64,000 bases of DNA from Heptranchias perlo. Its lineage: Eukaryota. Within the stretch, counting starts at the first letter, position 1; each line of letters opens with the position of its first letter. The notes under the pieces are model-generated. The model was given only the letters and a program-made list of their open reading frames with translations, was not told the DNA's origin and did no database searches. The DNA lies in the NCBI RefSeq assembly GCF_035084215.1, contig NC_090364.1, positions 4,092,001-4,156,000 of the forward strand, in the 5' to 3' direction. Below are positions 62,071 through 64,000 of the stretch, piece by piece. Made by a program: the position numbers and the translations under genes.

Positions 62071-62639
62071 TCTGTAATGTATCTCAACCCCAACCTCAGA
62101 ACAGCGAACCCTAATGAACCAATGTGACATTTCCATTTCCCACACTAACTAACCTCCTGACCTCTGTGAGAAGTCAGTGCTGAATTCTATGCACTTTTGT
62201 GCTTTGGACTGATAGCTCAACCAAGAACAGAGCTGGAATCTCCAAATTCATTACATAAAGGGACTGTTATCGCCAGCAGAGAGGGGAGGCTCATCGCATC
62301 AGTCTGGGCTGGGTTTCAAAGGTGAAAGGTCAAGGCTTGGAGTATCCCTGATCCCATTGCTTTGTACACCTGTACTTCGAGCAGTCGATTTTATCATGGG
62401 AGCTCTACCTGCGGAGTTTTGACAAACGAGGAGGGCTAATGGGTATTTCATGCAGCTGAATTCTTCCTTGTTTTTTCAGGGAAGCTAAAACTCCACAAAC
62501 AAGACTTCCTCCTGGGCTAGCCCACTTCCCTCTGTGAAAGGGTAGCACCTGGCGCTGTGGCACCTGGTGTCACAGGTCACCCCGAATGTTTAAAGCTTTT
62601 CTGTCAGTCCCATGTCAGCTTAGTGAGCAATGTCAAATA

Positions 62640-63280
62640 CAAAGAAAGAACTTGCATTTATATAGCATCTTTTACAACCTCAGGACGTCCCAAAGCCAAT
62701 GAAATACTTTTGGAGTGTAATAAGAACGTACGAAATAGGAGCAGGAGTAGGCCATTCGGCCCCTCGAGCCTGCTGCGCCATTCAATAAGATCATGGCTGA
62801 CCTTCGAACTCAACTCCACTTTCCCGCCCATATGCCTTGATTCCTTTAGTGTCCATAAATCTATTGATCTCAGTCTTGAATATACTCAACGACTGAGCAT
62901 CCACAGCCCTCTGGGGTAGAGAATTCCAAAGATTCACAACCCTCAACAGTTATAATGTAGCAGTCAATATGTGTACAGCAAGATGCCATAAGCAACAGGG
63001 AGATTATTGACCAGATGATCTGTTTTTTTTTTAAAAGGGATATTGTCCAAGAAACCAGGGAGAACTCCACTGCTCTTCTTCAAATAGTGCTGTGGGATCT
63101 TTTAGGTCCACCTGAAGGGGGCAGACGGGGCCTCGGTTTAACGTCTCATCTGAAAGATGGCATGTCCAACAATGCTGCACTCCCTCAGTGTCAGCACTCC
63201 CTCAGTGGGAGTGTCAGCCTAGATTTTGTGCTCAAGACTTTGGAGAGGGATTATGAACCCACAACCTTCTAACTCAGAGC
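62640..63280 (-). mobile_element. Deu-domain SINE split by a CR1 3' fragment (62718-62945)
   Basis: SINE tail at 62640-62715, body at 62945-63280; CR1-type tail GGCCATTCGGCCCCTCGAGCC between. Confidence 0.75.
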
Positions 63281-63533
63281 TGTGGCAGACATCGGAAAGT
63301 GACCTCTAGGGAATGAATATTCTCATGATTTGGAGAGCATTCCTACTTCCCAATAGGAGGCACTGGATATGTGGAAAAGTTGAGAATTTCAGTTGTGGGA
63401 CGTTCAGAGTCTTGAGCAGCACCAACAGGGGCCTGGGGATTGATCAGAGCGTCGAACTCCTGAGGTGGTTTCAAGAGGGCGAAGAGTTCGGAGCTGGAGA
63501 GGAGATCACTCAAAGTAACAATGAAAACATTCA

Positions 63534-63851
<318 letters not shown>

Positions 63852-64000
63852 TTAATCCCTCTCCCTCACACTGTCACTCTGTAACCTCTCTCCCCCCAGC
63901 GCCCTGTGTTACTGACTGTATCTCTACTGATGTTAATCCCTCTCCCTCACACTGTCACTCTGTAACCCCTCTCCCCCCAGCGCCCTGTGTTACTGACTAT
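63852..64000. repeat. 81-bp tandem repeat (truncated by window end)
   Basis: TTAATCCCTCTCCCTCACACTG... at 63852 and 63933. Confidence 0.85.

Overview
Eukaryotic, intron-rich vertebrate DNA. The repeat content (Deu-domain SINEs, L2/CR1 tails, a Penelope GIY-YIG fragment, many minisatellites) points to a cartilaginous fish, probably a shark; this is inferred from recalled repeat families, not from a search. Four genes were reconstructed by hand from GT-AG exons with consistent phases. (1) TBC1D17 (- strand): 14 coding exons, 24664->750, with the 3' end beyond the left edge. (2) AKT1S1/PRAS40 (+ strand): complete 284-aa CDS in 4 exons, 31528-40646, head-to-head with TBC1D17 across a CpG-rich bidirectional promoter. 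(3) A PH-only PHLDA-family gene (52596-52985, +). (4) The last two coding exons of a PTPRH-like receptor phosphatase (- strand). Most ORFs in the supplied track are repeat-derived or shadow ORFs. Most notable observations: an 81-bp minisatellite built from the TBC1D17 start exon and its 5' splice site (about 20 in-register donor copies; the first would add 27 aa in frame); a candidate fourth PHLDA ohnolog in a 19q13-like synteny block; a minimal hammerhead ribozyme in a Penelope element lying sense within the last AKT1S1 intron; and a 223-bp templated inverted insertion at a palindrome, with microhomology junctions.
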